DNA of 64,000 nt, taken from assembly GCA_030704615.1 (NCBI GenBank), contig CM060733.1:496001-560000 (forward strand), given 5' to 3'. How positions within the stretch are numbered: position 1 is the first letter of the stretch; the number at the start of each line of letters is the position of its first letter. This DNA is from Takakia lepidozioides. Its lineage: Eukaryota > Plantae > Bryophyta. The notes beneath the pieces were generated by a model, which was not told the origin of the DNA, did no database searches, and saw only the letters and a program-made list of their open reading frames with translations. Shown here in pieces: positions 21,602 through 34,689 of the stretch. The position numbers and the translations under genes were made by a program.

Positions 21602-24600
21602 GTGAATATAGAGTCCACGTCTATGTTCCTGACGTCCAAGTTCTCTGCCGGGTACCAGGATGAACGTGTTTTTATTCGTAGGGCCATTCAGGCTTGGCGG
21701 ATACCTAGCAATGATGCTCCTTTACAAGCGACTGCAGTGCGTGCGGAAGTGGACCGCGTGGAAGAGTACATATTATTGAAGTATCATGGGTCATCTGCTG
21801 CTATAGCGGCATTACATATTCAAGACGCGTCGGGGGGGAATGCGTTTGGGACAGCCGAGTCTGCCATCCAGCAGACTCCCATTCAGCAGGCCGTCATCCA
21901 GCAGACTCCCGTTCAGCAGCCTGTCATCCAGCATACTCCCAACGAGCAGCCTGCCATCCTGCAGACTCCTCTCCAGGAGCCCATCATGCAACCCATGCCA
22001 ATGGGAAGTCCTGTCATCCAACAGACAACGGACCAGCAGACTGCCTTTCTCTCACATAGCATGGCGCTTTTTGCAGTTTGGCAATCGCCATCACCGGTAA
22101 TTCGACCCGGAGCTGAAGACCTCACACTTCTCCGGCTTAGGGTGGGAGAAATTAATCCCCATTTGGATTGGCATAATGAGCTCCACCGGATTGTTGCGGA
22201 CCGCCGGTGGTCATTTGTACCCTTTCATTATTCCATGGAGTTTTCTATTGAGGAAGCCAATCATGTTCTAGAAGCCGCCTCTACTGTTGCCATTGAAGCC
22301 ACAAGCGACCAAAATGCGTCGCCTCTACTTGTGCAACTGATTCTCATGGATGACCCACGGCCTGAAGACCTCAGACATATGCCTATGGCACATCCAACCT
22401 TTGGGATGCGAAGAAAACACTTGTTCGGATTGACTGAGGAGGACTTTGAGCGCATGGCAGCTTCCTTCCTACAACACAGATGGATGCAATTTGGCAATTT
22501 CCGCTCATACAACAAGATGATGAAGGATCTGCATAGTTTGAGGATGGACTTACTCCATGGAACAGACCATTCACAGAAGTTTGTGGTGGATGACGCATTG
22601 CACTGGTTTGCATTGGTGATGGAGCGAGCAGTATTCAACATTGTTTTGCAGAACCCCAATGTCTTCAAAGTCTTGTGGTGTGGGATCCCAACTGAAGACC
22701 GCATCGGCGCCATTGCTCATCTCGATGGAGCATGCCTGTGCCGGCAAATCAAGGACATTGGCCTCGTCGGAAATCTCTTGGAAGGTAAAATGTTATGGGC
22801 AACTTTCGTGTTTCAGCTCAATTTCTTTTGCCAACTTTTTTACAAGTTCATATTTGCATAAACATGTGTTGCAGGGCGAGTTGATCTGGGAGACAAACAA
22901 GTGCAGGCTGCTTTCGACTCTTTTGCCAGAGGTGCAAGGGACTTTGTCCTGGATTTACAAGGAGTTCGGGAGACAGGCCACAAGAATGTCGAACAACATA
23001 TTCCCCACGACACATGTGGGCAGACTGCCCAAGTCATGGAGACCGAGCATGTGCACCAGACCGTCTCGGGTAATAGGCCGGATCACTCCCAGCAGACTGC
23101 CCCGCACACACATACTCAGTATGTGCAAACAGTACTGAGCGGGCAGCAAACTTTGCAGACTTTGCAGCAGACCGGAGAACAGACCGGCCAACAGACTGCC
23201 CCTCAGCCGACTGTGCAGCAGACCAGCGAACATGGCCACCATACTGCCTCTCAGCAGACTGTACAGCAGACCATGCAGCAGACCGACGAATCCAGCTAGC
23301 AGATTGCCCCTCAGCAGATCGTGCAACAGACCGACGAATCCAGCCAGCAGATTGCCCCTCAGCAGACCGTGCAGCAGACCGACGAATCCAGCCAGCAGAT
23401 TGCCCCTCAGCAGACCTTGCAACAAACCGACGAATCCAGCCAGCAGATTGCCCCTCAGCAGACTGTGCAGCACATTGGCGAACGCACTCAGCAGATGGCC
23501 GAGCAGACTATCCAGGAGACTAACAGCCAGTGTTCCCTGGATTGTGCAACAGACTTGGATGCACTGGCCTCACCGGAACCCTGTGGACGAATTTCTGTTG
23601 AGTTCCCAACAACATGTTTTTGGATCTGCCAGTATGAGTGTTTTGACCGAGTCCACTTTTCCCCCAGGCACATTCACTGACGACGTCATCAGGTCACCGG
23701 TAAAGCATTCTTATCCAGCTCCCCGTGGCCTGCCTTCTATGACCTTCCAACTTAGTCCCGTTTTCGTGCGCTCAGTGGCGAAAGCGAAAGCCATAGATGA
23801 GTCTTACGTGATGACCAAACTCAATCTGGGAACGCAAAACCGTATCATAGATCTTACAGAAGAGTCTGAGGAAGCAATTGCCGGTGGGTCTTCCATACAT
23901 GTTCTTGACGTTTCCCAAGTCCATGGAGATCCGAACACCCAGCCGGCTGTCCACCAGACTGACCAGCACACTGAACAGTGGACACATGGAAGGACTGCCG
24001 AGCAACCTGTGGCGGGGCAGCATACTGTCTTCATTGATGAGCAGACTGAACCGCAGACTAACCAGCAGACTGCACAGGTCACAGATGGAAGGACTGACCA
24101 GGATGGCTCGGAGCGGCAGACTGCACAGCTCAGCTCTGACTACACAGTTCAGACTGCACGGCCTGACCAGCACATTGCACACTTCACAGAGGGAAGGACT
24201 GACGACCAACTTGTTACCGAGCACATTGCCCACATTGAGGAAGAGACTGAACCGCAGAGTTGCCAACAGACTGCACAGTTCACAGACGAAAGGACTGACG
24301 AAGAACAGGTGGCTGAGCACTCTACCCACATTGAGCAACAGACTGAACATGCTGGCAGGCACACTGACAAGGAACCACATGCAGCGCAGACACCGTCTGG
24401 TATAACGTTGGATTACATAGAGTCTGCTCCCTCACCCCTTGGGCAGGTTGTGTCATTTTCTCTTTCAGGACTGTTGTTTATGTTTTAGTACATTGTGAAA
24501 TTGGGCTAATTCGTCATTTTGCTCGGTATCCTCACAGGATGTTCGTCCCTCCGTCGGCAGACTGTCTACTTCTGAGGACATGACATCTTCCGCCCATGCT

Positions 24601-26208
24601 GCAAACGTGGGATCGACAACCAAGAAAGGTGTGGGGGTGAGCACGCCCCCCGATGCGCGGGTCAGTTCTACACATGCGACCCACGAAGCTACAAAGACAG
24701 GTCCAGCAAGTGTAAACAAACCTGCTGACCAGCCTCTTTTGCGAAGTAGGGCGGCAGCGCTGCGTTTGTCTGCTTTATCCAGCCCGCCTACAGCTGTCCC
24801 TGCTTCCCAGGGGAGAGGCAAAGCCAAAAAGCGGACTGTCGTGGACCATGCTGAGGAGGTCGAGGAGGGTCCGAGTACCAAGAGACCGGCAAAGAAAAAG
24901 TCTGGCGTCTTTATGAACAAAAACCACAAGCTGGCCTTGGACATGGACAAAGATGTGGGTCGTTTCCTGGAGCAGCACAGGTGAGTACTGTGCTCAGTCT
25001 CCTCGTCTGTCTTTGTCGTTAAGTGCTTTGCGCTCTGTTGGGGTCAGTCTGCACGCTGGTCAGTCTGCTGCTGGTTTCATCATTGTCTGTTGTGGTTAGT
25101 CTTGTCAGTCTGATGAATTGTTCAGCCTGTAGAGTGTTTGGTACCATGTTGACGTCAGTCTGTTCAGTACATGAGGCTTCCCGAAGGATGGTCTGCTCTG
25201 TGCAGGATGGGTGCTCGGTTTGGCAAAGCACATGCTCTGCACGTGAAGGCGGGTAATTCCATGCTGATGTTTTCTGAAGGGGACCCACGGACTGTCGCCG
25301 GATGACATAAAGGCGCTCCAGAAGGTTGAGTCGGAGTGCACAGATAGACTCGTGGAGCTGTGGTGTCGATTCTATGAGAAGTCGGTTGAGGCTGCGTTCA
25401 CCAACACTATTGATGTTCTTCCAACGTCGACGTGGACGGTGTTGAAGTCATTGGGGGTGGGGCAACATGAAAGCCTTCTGGAGGTCTTGAAAGGTTGCCT
25501 CAGCACTGAACGACTAGGCAAGGACTTGAAAGAGTGCGATTTCATTTTGGTGCCAATTGGGGACGAGTAAGAACTCTTCCGAGTCTGCTGAGACTGTCTC
25601 CTGAGTCATAGTCTGATTTCGCAGTGTCGTCTTGACTCTGAGCGATTAAGTTGACCTCTGTATTTGTGCAGTGGACTGGGTTTGAAGATTGAGTCTGCTG
25701 AGTGCTGAGTCTGCTGAGTGTCAGTCTACTGAGTCTGCCCATCATGATTGTGCAACGACGCCATGTTGTTTGATACCATTGCAGGGGGCACTGGAGTGTT
25801 TGTATCATCGACCTCCGCAAAGACTGTTACACTCACCTGAACTCTATCAGGGACTCGCATAAATGTCCTTTTGTTCTAGGGTGGATTCGGAAGCTTCATG
25901 CTGAGTGCTTAGGGTACTCGATGGACTCACCAGAGTGGCATGAGATTGTCCAAGCATTTCAGTTTCACGCGCCTGATGTGCCCCAGCAACCATTCAGCTG
26001 GGAGTGTGGCTTTTACGTCATGTCATTCATTCAAGTGTTTTATGAGTGGGTAAAAGTCAGAGCAAATGTCTCCAAGACTGCAAAGCCAGAGAGAGGAACA
26101 CCTTTCACGAAAGACTGCTTTACTTTCAAGTTTGCACTTGGGCAGCGAATGCAGTGTGCCCAGTATATCGTGCGGGGGTTGGACAATGTAGAGAAATTGC
26201 TCTCATGA
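21602..26208 (+). pseudogene. Multi-exon Ulp1-like (peptidase C48) gene with Q/T-rich repetitive linker; premature stop and frameshifts
   Basis: Spliced C-terminus FILVPIGDE|GHWSVCIIDLRKDCYTHLNS...VPQQPFSWECGFYV (intron 25567-25784) with His, Gln and Cys of the C48 fold. TAG at 23297-23299. Confidence 0.75.
23272..23470 (+). repeat. 48-bp coding minisatellite (~4 copies, VQQTDESSQQIAPQQT)
   Basis: Repeated GACCGACGAATCCAGCCAGCAGATTGCCCCTCAGCAGA. Confidence 0.9.
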
Positions 26209-26915
26209 GTTTGATGTACTTGTCCTGTGAAGTCTATGTACCGAAATAAAAATTGCGAGTCTTTTCGCTTACTATTCCAGTGGTGATGAGCACTTTTAGT
26301 ACTGTGGGTGCTGGCATGTTTTGTAATGTTGTCACTAAACTCAATGGATACAATGGTGTCAATTTTTCCATGCACTATGCACCCGAGTCTGCTGAGCTTG
26401 AATGTGCAAGCAGTACGCTGCCGAGGCTAGGACTGGTGGGTCTGGTACCTAGTCCGGTAGGCACCATGTCCATGAATCCGCTGGGACGCTGGATTGGCAT
26501 GAGTCGTTAGGGAGGTAGTCCACTGGAGCCTGTCCATTTTGAGTCTGCTGTTGTGGATGAGTCTGCTTGAGACTTAGTCTGTCCAGCAGTCTGCTGGAAG
26601 ACTTGCAGGGATGAGGTGGAAGTGTGGTGAGCAGACTTTTGGAGTGGGCAGCAGACTAACCAGCAGACTGGCTTACTGGCGCTCGCAGTCTGTTGACTGT
26701 GACTCTGTTGGGAGACTGCGTGAGTCCGTTGGGAGACTATGCTTGGGAGACTGTGTGGGAGTCAGTTGGGAGACTGGAGGAGTCCGTTGGGAGACTGTGC
26801 ATTAGTCCATTGCGGACTTGTATTTCAGAAAAGGACAATGCTACCAGACTTATATTGTCTTCTCCGTGACACCTACACGACGTGAAACCTTGTCTCTTTT
26901 CGAGGCATTGCAGAC

Positions 26916-29900
26916 TTATATTGTCTTCTTCGTGACATCTACACGACCTGAAACCTTGCAAATTTTCGAGTATATATGTGCTGCAGGTGCAGGTGCAGAC
27001 ACCCTCTTGCTGGTTCTCCGCAAAACCCTAGGCCCGGTTTTCCAGGCCTCCACGAAATCTCGTCTCCTTTTCAGAGACATGTTGTTGTTGTCGTTCAGAG
27101 GATGGAAAGCCTTCGCTGCGGCAGGGTGCAACATTCCAGCCGCACTTTTCGCCAGGATATCAACGAGCTGCCCTCTGCACATATGAAGAGCAGATCGGGC
27201 ATGTGCCTCCAGGTATTTGTCATCACCTACAATGCGAAGTATGTCCGCGCATTCTTGTTCCATTGAGGCTGAGACCTCCAGAGGTGCCTCGTCGTAGGGG
27301 AAGTCATCCGGAGGATGTCTTTCCATGAACTGATTGGATTCGTCGTTGTGGCCGGCACCATTGCCCAAGAGCAAATTAGATAATCCTCCATGAATGGTTC
27401 CCACTGCCGTGCCACCAGCGTGCACAATGAGGCCATCCTGCAGGTCAGGGTGAAGCATCTTCAGGACACGGACCTGATGCTTGCATAAGTTTCCCTTCAT
27501 TGCCCATGGGCACGTGCAACAACCCCAATCGCAATCAGGATTGTAAACAATGTATGTTGTGCCGGGGTGGTTGCTGCTGAGAACGTAGGCTGGTTCACCA
27601 GGACCCAAGGGAAGAGTAACACTCTCAGCAGGAATGTCTCGTGCCGCAAGTATAGAACTGGATATGTACTTTTCGTGTTTGTCATTTCTTATGAACCCGT
27701 GGGTCTTCAAATGGATTGCGTACCAGTAGTGTGTTAGCACACGGCCAGTGAGTTCCCATATAAGCCAGTCCACTCTACGACCACTCATCTTGCCTTTCCC
27801 CATGGCAAGTCTTGCCTTCAGATTTCCATGGTATGCCTCAATGCTTGCGTTTGTGTCTTGGCTCGCATGAGGGACATGGCGGGCTGCTGTACACCACATT
27901 GTTATTTTGGGCTTCCAATACTGTTCGATATAGTCAAGAAATTCATGTCCTTTCGGGTATTTTGACCTCATACGACGGATTCTCCTTGCCACCCACCGAA
28001 GCGTTTTTTTCTCGTTGCGTGGTCCCCCTCTACAGTACATGAGGTCTCCCATATCCTTCAACAAGTTTACAGCGGTCACCGGATCCTTCGTTTTCTTGCA
28101 TGATTGCTTCACCCATGCCTTGCGGACATGCCAAAGGCAGAGGAAAATGAGTACTTCTTCAAAAACAATTATGCACAACACACATGGTACACATTAGAGT
28201 CTTAGGATCGGATTGCAATGGTGGACTGCCGGAGTGGACTGTAACAGCAACCTGTATCAGCGGGCAGAGCCACTGGACTCGCCCAGTGGACAGTACAATG
28301 CCATGACGTTGATGTGCTGGAATAACCCCATTGGACTACCCAGTGGACTTCCCCATTGGACTTCCCCTAGCTAAGACTGGGGCAGCGGACTGCCCCATTG
28401 GATTGCCACAGCGGACTGCCGAGCAGACTTGCCAGGGACTGCCGAGTGGACTTGGCAGCGGACGGCCGACCCCAGGGACTGCTAAGTGGACTTGGCAACG
28501 GACTTGGCAGCGGACTGCCGAGCGGACTTGCCAGGGGACTGATGAGCGGACTTGACAGCAGACTACCAGTGGATTTGCCCAGCGAACTGCCATCGGGTTT
28601 CGCCACAGGAGTCTGCCAGTGGACTGTAGCAATGGACTGCTGCAGTGGACCTCGACAATGGACCGGTGCTGTGGACCAACAGACTTACCGAATAGCGTTG
28701 ATTTCTGCTTCGGCATCGTCCACAATGAAGGCATTGGGTCGCCAGCTCGGCAAATCTGCGAGGAGTGAATCGCGCAAGGCTCTCATCCACGGAACCAGGT
28801 CTCTTGTCCGATTCCTCGCGGATAGGATATCTGCACGAGAAGACTTCATAAGAGTGATGAGGTCTGCAGCGGTTCACAATGGGTTTGCCCCTCGGTCTTC
28901 CGCAACGTACACATGAAAACATACAGAAAGGGTCAGCACACCAAATTTTATGTGAATGTTGCATGGTACTATGCTATCATGCTCGTACAAGTCCATAGAA
29001 TCGTTCGAATAGTACCTTGTCATGATTTGTCCCAAAGGTTGCATCACATGCAACGATACGGTCATGTCCTAGTTCCAGCATTCGTTTCTTTCTGCCACGG
29101 AGTCTATATGCCAATAGTGAATGTCAAATCTCCATCAAAATGCTCAAATGTTGGCTCTAATTTCTTCTCTTGATAGAAAAAAAACGGACACAGGATTCTG
29201 GTCTCTCCACATGCGCACACTCTCTGCATCATCGGCGTGCTTTTTGAAGGTTTGTCACGCACGTTTCTCGGCAAGGTTGCGAACATCTTGTTCCAACAAG
29301 AAATCATCGCGGGTCCATGCATCGCCCAAGCCGGTGTTGTTCATCACGTGCTCTTTATGCTCCATCATGATTTGGGCGACCGACAGGCCTCGGCACAAAC
29401 ACTCGACGACCCAGGCTTTCAATTCCTCGCTAATGTGTGGTGCATAGGCGTGGCGGGTGTTCCTGAACTCTGCGGACTTCCCATGCGAGGGTTTCCCTTG
29501 CGCATCTGTATGCTCCATGTTGTTGTAGTACGTGAGGACACAGATGTCAGGGGCGAGATAGCATTGCTGGACCTTGAAACAGCATTGGCAACCACGTTTG
29601 TAAGACTCTCCATACTCCGACTTCTTTCTCCTTGGGCCTTTATGAGGGCAAGATGTTCCAGCACCCACAAGAGGTCCTCCACGCTTCTGTTTTGGATCCT
29701 CCACTATTGCCTTGTTGGTGCGCTTGTCATCAGGACCGTAGCAGCATTGATACCTGGACAGAAAATTCTAAAATCGATATCCAACGACTTGAGGAAGCAT
29801 AAAATCAGAGAACTCGTTAAACAAAAAATGGCAACAGACATGCAATGAAACGTCAAAAGGACTGAGGATGGTGCACACATAATACTGGACAGAAATGTGT

Positions 29901-30201
29901 TGGCTCTGAGTGCTTTTCGCGAGCCGGGTTCCACTTTAGAATGGACATTCACCCAAAACTGAGTGGGGTAGTCCTCCAAACTCTCATCTCCCAGGACAAA
30001 GTCACCAACTCTATCCCAAGGTATGCAGGCCTTTTCAACATTCACTCGCACACCCATAAACCCATATTGCGTCTCACTCTTCCAATGGAGATCCTTCCTG
30101 TTGAAGGGTCCTGGTTTTGCTGTTTGCAAACATTGTCGAAGAGGCCGTATAAGCGGGCTTTCCGTGATCAGTATATCATCGGGTTTTGCTTCCACGTCCA
30201 T
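26916..30201 (-). pseudogene. Mutator-type DDE transposase with SWIM zinc finger, multi-exon, frameshifted
   Basis: DATFGTN, FIVDDAEAEINAI, FLCLWHVRKAW (CxxH), DTNASIEAYHGNLK, SWIM CCTCPWAMKGNLCKHQ, and N-terminal KRGCQCCFKV...H. Confidence 0.9.
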
Positions 30202-30921
30202 GCCCTATACATTACAAAGGACATGCCTCTGAACATGCAAGAAACGCGCCGCAGTACAGGACACGATCGACAACGTGCCAGGAGAACAGTGCGCACGTTC
30301 GCGGCTGCTGGCAAGTGGCAGGCGGCAAGGATGCAGGTTTGAATTGCAGCCCAAAAAATGGAGGGCTCGGATGGGTTATGGGAATGGACGGTGGCGATCC
30401 TGCGCCGTCAGCGGACTGGATGGCAGGGGACTGGCCAGCGGACTGGCGGGCAGACTGGCGGACTGGCAGACTGCTGGACTGGCAGACTGGAGGGCAGCGG
30501 ACTCATGGGCGGGGAACTGGCCGCGCGGCGGACGGGGGCGCGGGCGCGGTTGCTACAACAGCCACACCTGCGGCTGGGCGACCGCGCGCAGCGACGAGCA
30601 GGGCGGGCGGGGTGCTGGGAGCCGGGCGTCCGTGCGCGGGGTCCACCGGCCACATCACACGTGCCCATTGAAGACCCTATTATCTTAAAATGAGAGAATT
30701 GATTTTTTTAATATGTGTAATTTCCGGGGGACTTGGACATTTACTTGTTACACTTTTCAACCCTCCATTACCTGCACCTAAAACTGACATGACGTAAGCT
30801 ATGTCAGCGTTAGGTCTGATGCGAGCTGACGTCAGTGACGTAGATAACGAGGTATAGGCAGCATGAACGGCGCGGAAAGATACTAGAATTTAAATTTTGA
30901 GAATTTGGTGTAGACACTAAA

Positions 30922-32000
30922 TGCATTGTGGATTTTTATTGTTTTGTGTTATGTCGTTGTACCTTATTGCAATAAGGAGAACATAAAAAGATAAGAAAAA
31001 GAGCATCATCGAACATATGGGTGTAGCTTGCGCAACACCCCTAGTCAAATAAAAAATTAATAAGAGTATAAGAGTAGTTATAATTTATTAATTAATTGAT
31101 TGATTGATTTTTTTTATAAAAAAACCAAAACAATTTTCTATCACCGGCACATGCCGGTTCTACGCGGCGGGATGCGGACAGGCGCCGCCATATATATATA
31201 TATATTCTTCATTTGATTCTGCCACGTGGCGCGACGGGGACAAGCGCCGTCATATATATGAAGAAATCTTGGTTTGTGGATGGGACGTTGACTGCGTCCA
31301 TAATGGTGCACATATGACATACCATTATGGTGCGTCCATTATGATACTCCATAATTGTGTTTTTTTTATAATTAATAGCGGTCATTCTTTTTTGGTTCCT
31401 ATATAAGAGGGTCACCTCATATGTATGCTCATTTGCAACCGCCGTCCAAACTTGGAGCGGAGAGCAAAGTGAAGTGTTGGCGCGAACGTCAACAACAAGT
31501 ATGCTTTCAGGTTAGTGTGGGGGTGTTGCGTACGCAACAGCCTGTAGTTTGCATTGTGGATTTTATTTATTTTTTGTTATGTCGTTGTACCTTATTGCAA
31601 TAAGGAGAATAAAAAAAGGAAGAAACAGCATCGTCGAACATATGGGTATAGTATGCGCAACACCCCTAGTCAAATGAAAAATTAATAAGAGTACATGTTG
31701 ACTAAGGGGGTGTTGCGTACGCAACCACCTCTTTAGGATTTAGGGTCTAAGATTTGGACATATTCATGAAATGTAAGATATTTCATCATGTTCATTAGGG
31801 TCTTGCGTACGCTACACCCTCATCTTCTCCTTGAAAATGGAAAAAAAAAAAGTTGATAGAAAGATATCGACGTCAAGGAATATAAGGGTGTTGCATACGC
31901 TACACCCTCATCTTCTCCTTGAAAATGGAAAAAAAAAAAGTTGATAGAAAGATATCGACGTCAAGGAATATAAGGGTGTTGCATACGCTACCCCCCCATC
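30922..32000 (+). mobile_element. Cluster of Helitron-like 3' termini within tandemly duplicated segments
   Basis: Palindromes of consensus GGGTGTTGCGTACGCAACACCC at ~31019, 31521, 31644, 31708, 31798, 31886 and 31975; two are directly followed by CTAG-T (31041-31044, 31666-31669). 30922-31068 is duplicated at 31550-31693, and there is a ~88-bp tandem at 31798-32000. Confidence 0.55.
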
Positions 32001-33378
32001 TTCTACTTGCAGATAATATATGTAGAAGTGTTATTAGAAACATACCTTGAGTTATGTTGTCCACGTTTTATTGAAACTCCATGAGTTTGAGAGGTCGAAC
32101 CGCTATAGTAATCCATGTGAAATGAACTCAAATTGGAGACATAAGTCTCTTATACTGGTGGAATGTAGGTAGGTTGGTAGTACTATTTGAAAAGTTTGTA
32201 TTGTTTGATAGGTAGATTGGTATTACTTGGTAGATTTATATTGGTTGATAGGTATGGTTTGTATTGTTTGATAGGTATACTTGGTCTGCGGGGGTGTTGT
32301 GAACTTTGTGCCGACCCGTGCGGTCGTAGCTGTAGGAGTACTTGAGGAAGTAATGTCATTTTCTTCATCTGGATAGAAGTAGGCAGTTGCGATGTCAGAG
32401 TGAGTAGCGGACGGCCGTGGCAAGTCGTCCGCTTGGAGCCTGTTAGCAAATAGCAAAAAGCAGACAAAGCTATGACCTTTTTTTGTATTGCGATATACCA
32501 GAAAACATATATATTGTGAAACTTTCCAAAACTGGTTCTATTTGAGCACATGTGAGGCGAAAGCCATGGTAGCAAACAGAGAGGTGGGAAAAAAGGGCAA
32601 GCTGCTGAGAGAAGAGAGGGAGAGGGGAGGTAGCGATGGCGGCTGAAGAGTACTTCGTAGACGTAGTAGTCATGGATAGGATAGCGGAAACGTCTATTTG
32701 AAGGGTTATAAGACTAGGTAGGTAGAAAACTGGCGGAACCCTACATGATTAGTCATGGCTAAAGACACTGCTAAGGCACGGATGTGGACACGACGGAAGA
32801 GTGGAGCTCCGCCGAGCTCTCTCACCGGCAGAATTAGAATGATATGGGACGCAGGCAGGAATGAAATGAAAACCTTTTACTGATGAAGAGTATGATAAGT
32901 GGATGAAAGATATCCCAAATGTTGTTCCACAGAAAGGATGGAAACAGACATGTCATATATGAAATAAAAGATCGTTGGAATTCCTGGATTCAATATGATC
33001 TATTATTATGGATGTTTCTCCCTTGTGATTTTCATAAATATATATTTGTAGTATATGTACATATTATATTGTAATTATGTAGATGAATGTCTGATGTATG
33101 GATAAAAGACCCTCAAATATTGAAAGACTTGAAATTTACAATGTTTCATGTCAGTGATGACAAAACTCTTCGTACCTAAGTTATAAGGTATTGATGTAAA
33201 CTCAAAACTATCATCAACGATTCTATTGCAAATTTTTAAAAAAAAACTTTAGCCAAAGTCGACACAAACAAATATCATTTCACCATTCGGCTACAACCTC
33301 TTATTGGAGATACGCCATTTCAATTCTCCTACAATAAAAATGGACAAACCATTGTCCACTTTGAACGAATACAATGTT

Positions 33379-33950
33379 TATGGAGGGATATGGACTATTG
33401 CTTCGCCATAACAATAGAGTTTCTCAACACGAAACTCTTCTCTGATAGTGTTTTTGTTCAAAAACCTACATGCTTTGAAACCAATATGAAAGGACATGGA
33501 CTGAGAGATTTGAATTGCTTCGCCATAACAAAAGAATTTCTCAACACGAAACTCTTCTTTGACAGTGTTTTTGTTCAAAAACCTACATGATTTCAAACAA
33601 ATATGGAGGGATATGGACTGAGGGGTTTGAACTCTTTGTCGTGACAAAAGAGTTTCTCAACACAAAACTCTTGTCTGACAGGGGTTTTATTCAAAAATCT
33701 GCATCATTTCCTTAACACAAAACTCTTGTCTGAAAATATTTTTGGAGGGATATGAACCGAGGGATTTGAACTGCTTGGCCGTAATAAAAGAGTATTTCAA
33801 CACGAAACTCTTGTCTGACAGTGTATTTGTTCAAAAACCAGTATGTTTTGAGACAATATGAAGGGATATGAATCGAGGGAATTGAACTGTTTTTCTGTAA
33901 CAAAAGAGTTTCTCAACAAGAAACTCATGTCTGACATTGTTCTTGTTCAA
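33379..33950. repeat. 117-bp tandem repeat array (~5 copies), right block, same orientation as the left block
   Basis: Same unit (GAGTTTCTCAACACGAAACTCTT; TATGGAGGGATATGGACT). Confidence 0.93.
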
Positions 33951-34689
33951 TTGTGTTAAAAAACATGTGCGATTTTCTCTGGGCATCTCAAGAATATTTT
34001 TTATATTTTTTTGTTTGTGAGCATCCTAACTGCACGCTACCCAACTTCTCTTCAGGGATCAGAGTTTCGCACTGCAAATGCATATCTCAATATGTAATTG
34101 TACTAGTTGTTAGGGGAGAGAGTTTTGCTCTACAAAAATATACATGGATAGGGCCTTTAAAAGTGATATATTCATCATTTCAGCTACAGGCTGGTTGGTA
34201 CAGAGTTTCGCCGTGCGAAATTATCCATGGGTGATGATCTTAAATTTAAGCTTAGGCCTCACTGCCCACTCTCATGCCTGTTATGAAAAGGGTTGTGTGA
34301 GCACAACGTGAGAAAAAACCACACTTATAGGGTAACATGTTCATCAGGTATTGGGGCTACTTGTTCTTTATGTGTTAGTTTCGCAAAATTGTTAGTTTCA
34401 CCAATTCCGTTTCGCCGTGGAAATTTCACGGAAATTTCATGGAATATGCCTTTGTGCTCACGTGAGCATGCTTACGCGCTACCTAACCTCCCAAAGAGCA
34501 AGCAATGTGCTAGGTGAGTTTTGATACGTGAATTATCCCACTTTAGCTTCCCACCACCAGGCCAGTGTAGCCCAATCGTTTAAGTTATTGGCTCTCTTGT
34601 GGAGAGAGACTTTGCAACATGTTCAAGTCAATGGAGAAAATGTGGTCAAAGTACCTTACACTGTGTCAAGGCACCTATTGGTGTGTTGT

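Larger units (their letters stand above)
18360..30696. mobile_element. Mutator-like element (MULE), 12.3 kb, long TIRs, carrying transposase and Ulp1-like gene
   Basis: TIRs ~18360-18652 and ~30344-30696 (CTCTCATTTTAAGATAATAGGGTCTTCAATGGGCACGTG.../...CACGTGCCCATTGAAGACCCTATTATCTTAAAATGAGAG) and an internal MULE transposase. No TSD seen. Confidence 0.9.

Noticed and set aside
22955-23473. Leu-rich repeat ORFs on the minus strand and alternative frames
   Set aside because: These are shadow frames of the 48-bp minisatellite.
32183-32673. Small minus-strand gene
   Set aside because: Low-complexity short ORFs with no recognisable domain.
16718-33380. One clean Helitron insertion (A|TC start at 16718)
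   Set aside because: The right junction has no CTRR or hairpin (…GTTTA|TGG), so the standard Helitron signature is incomplete.
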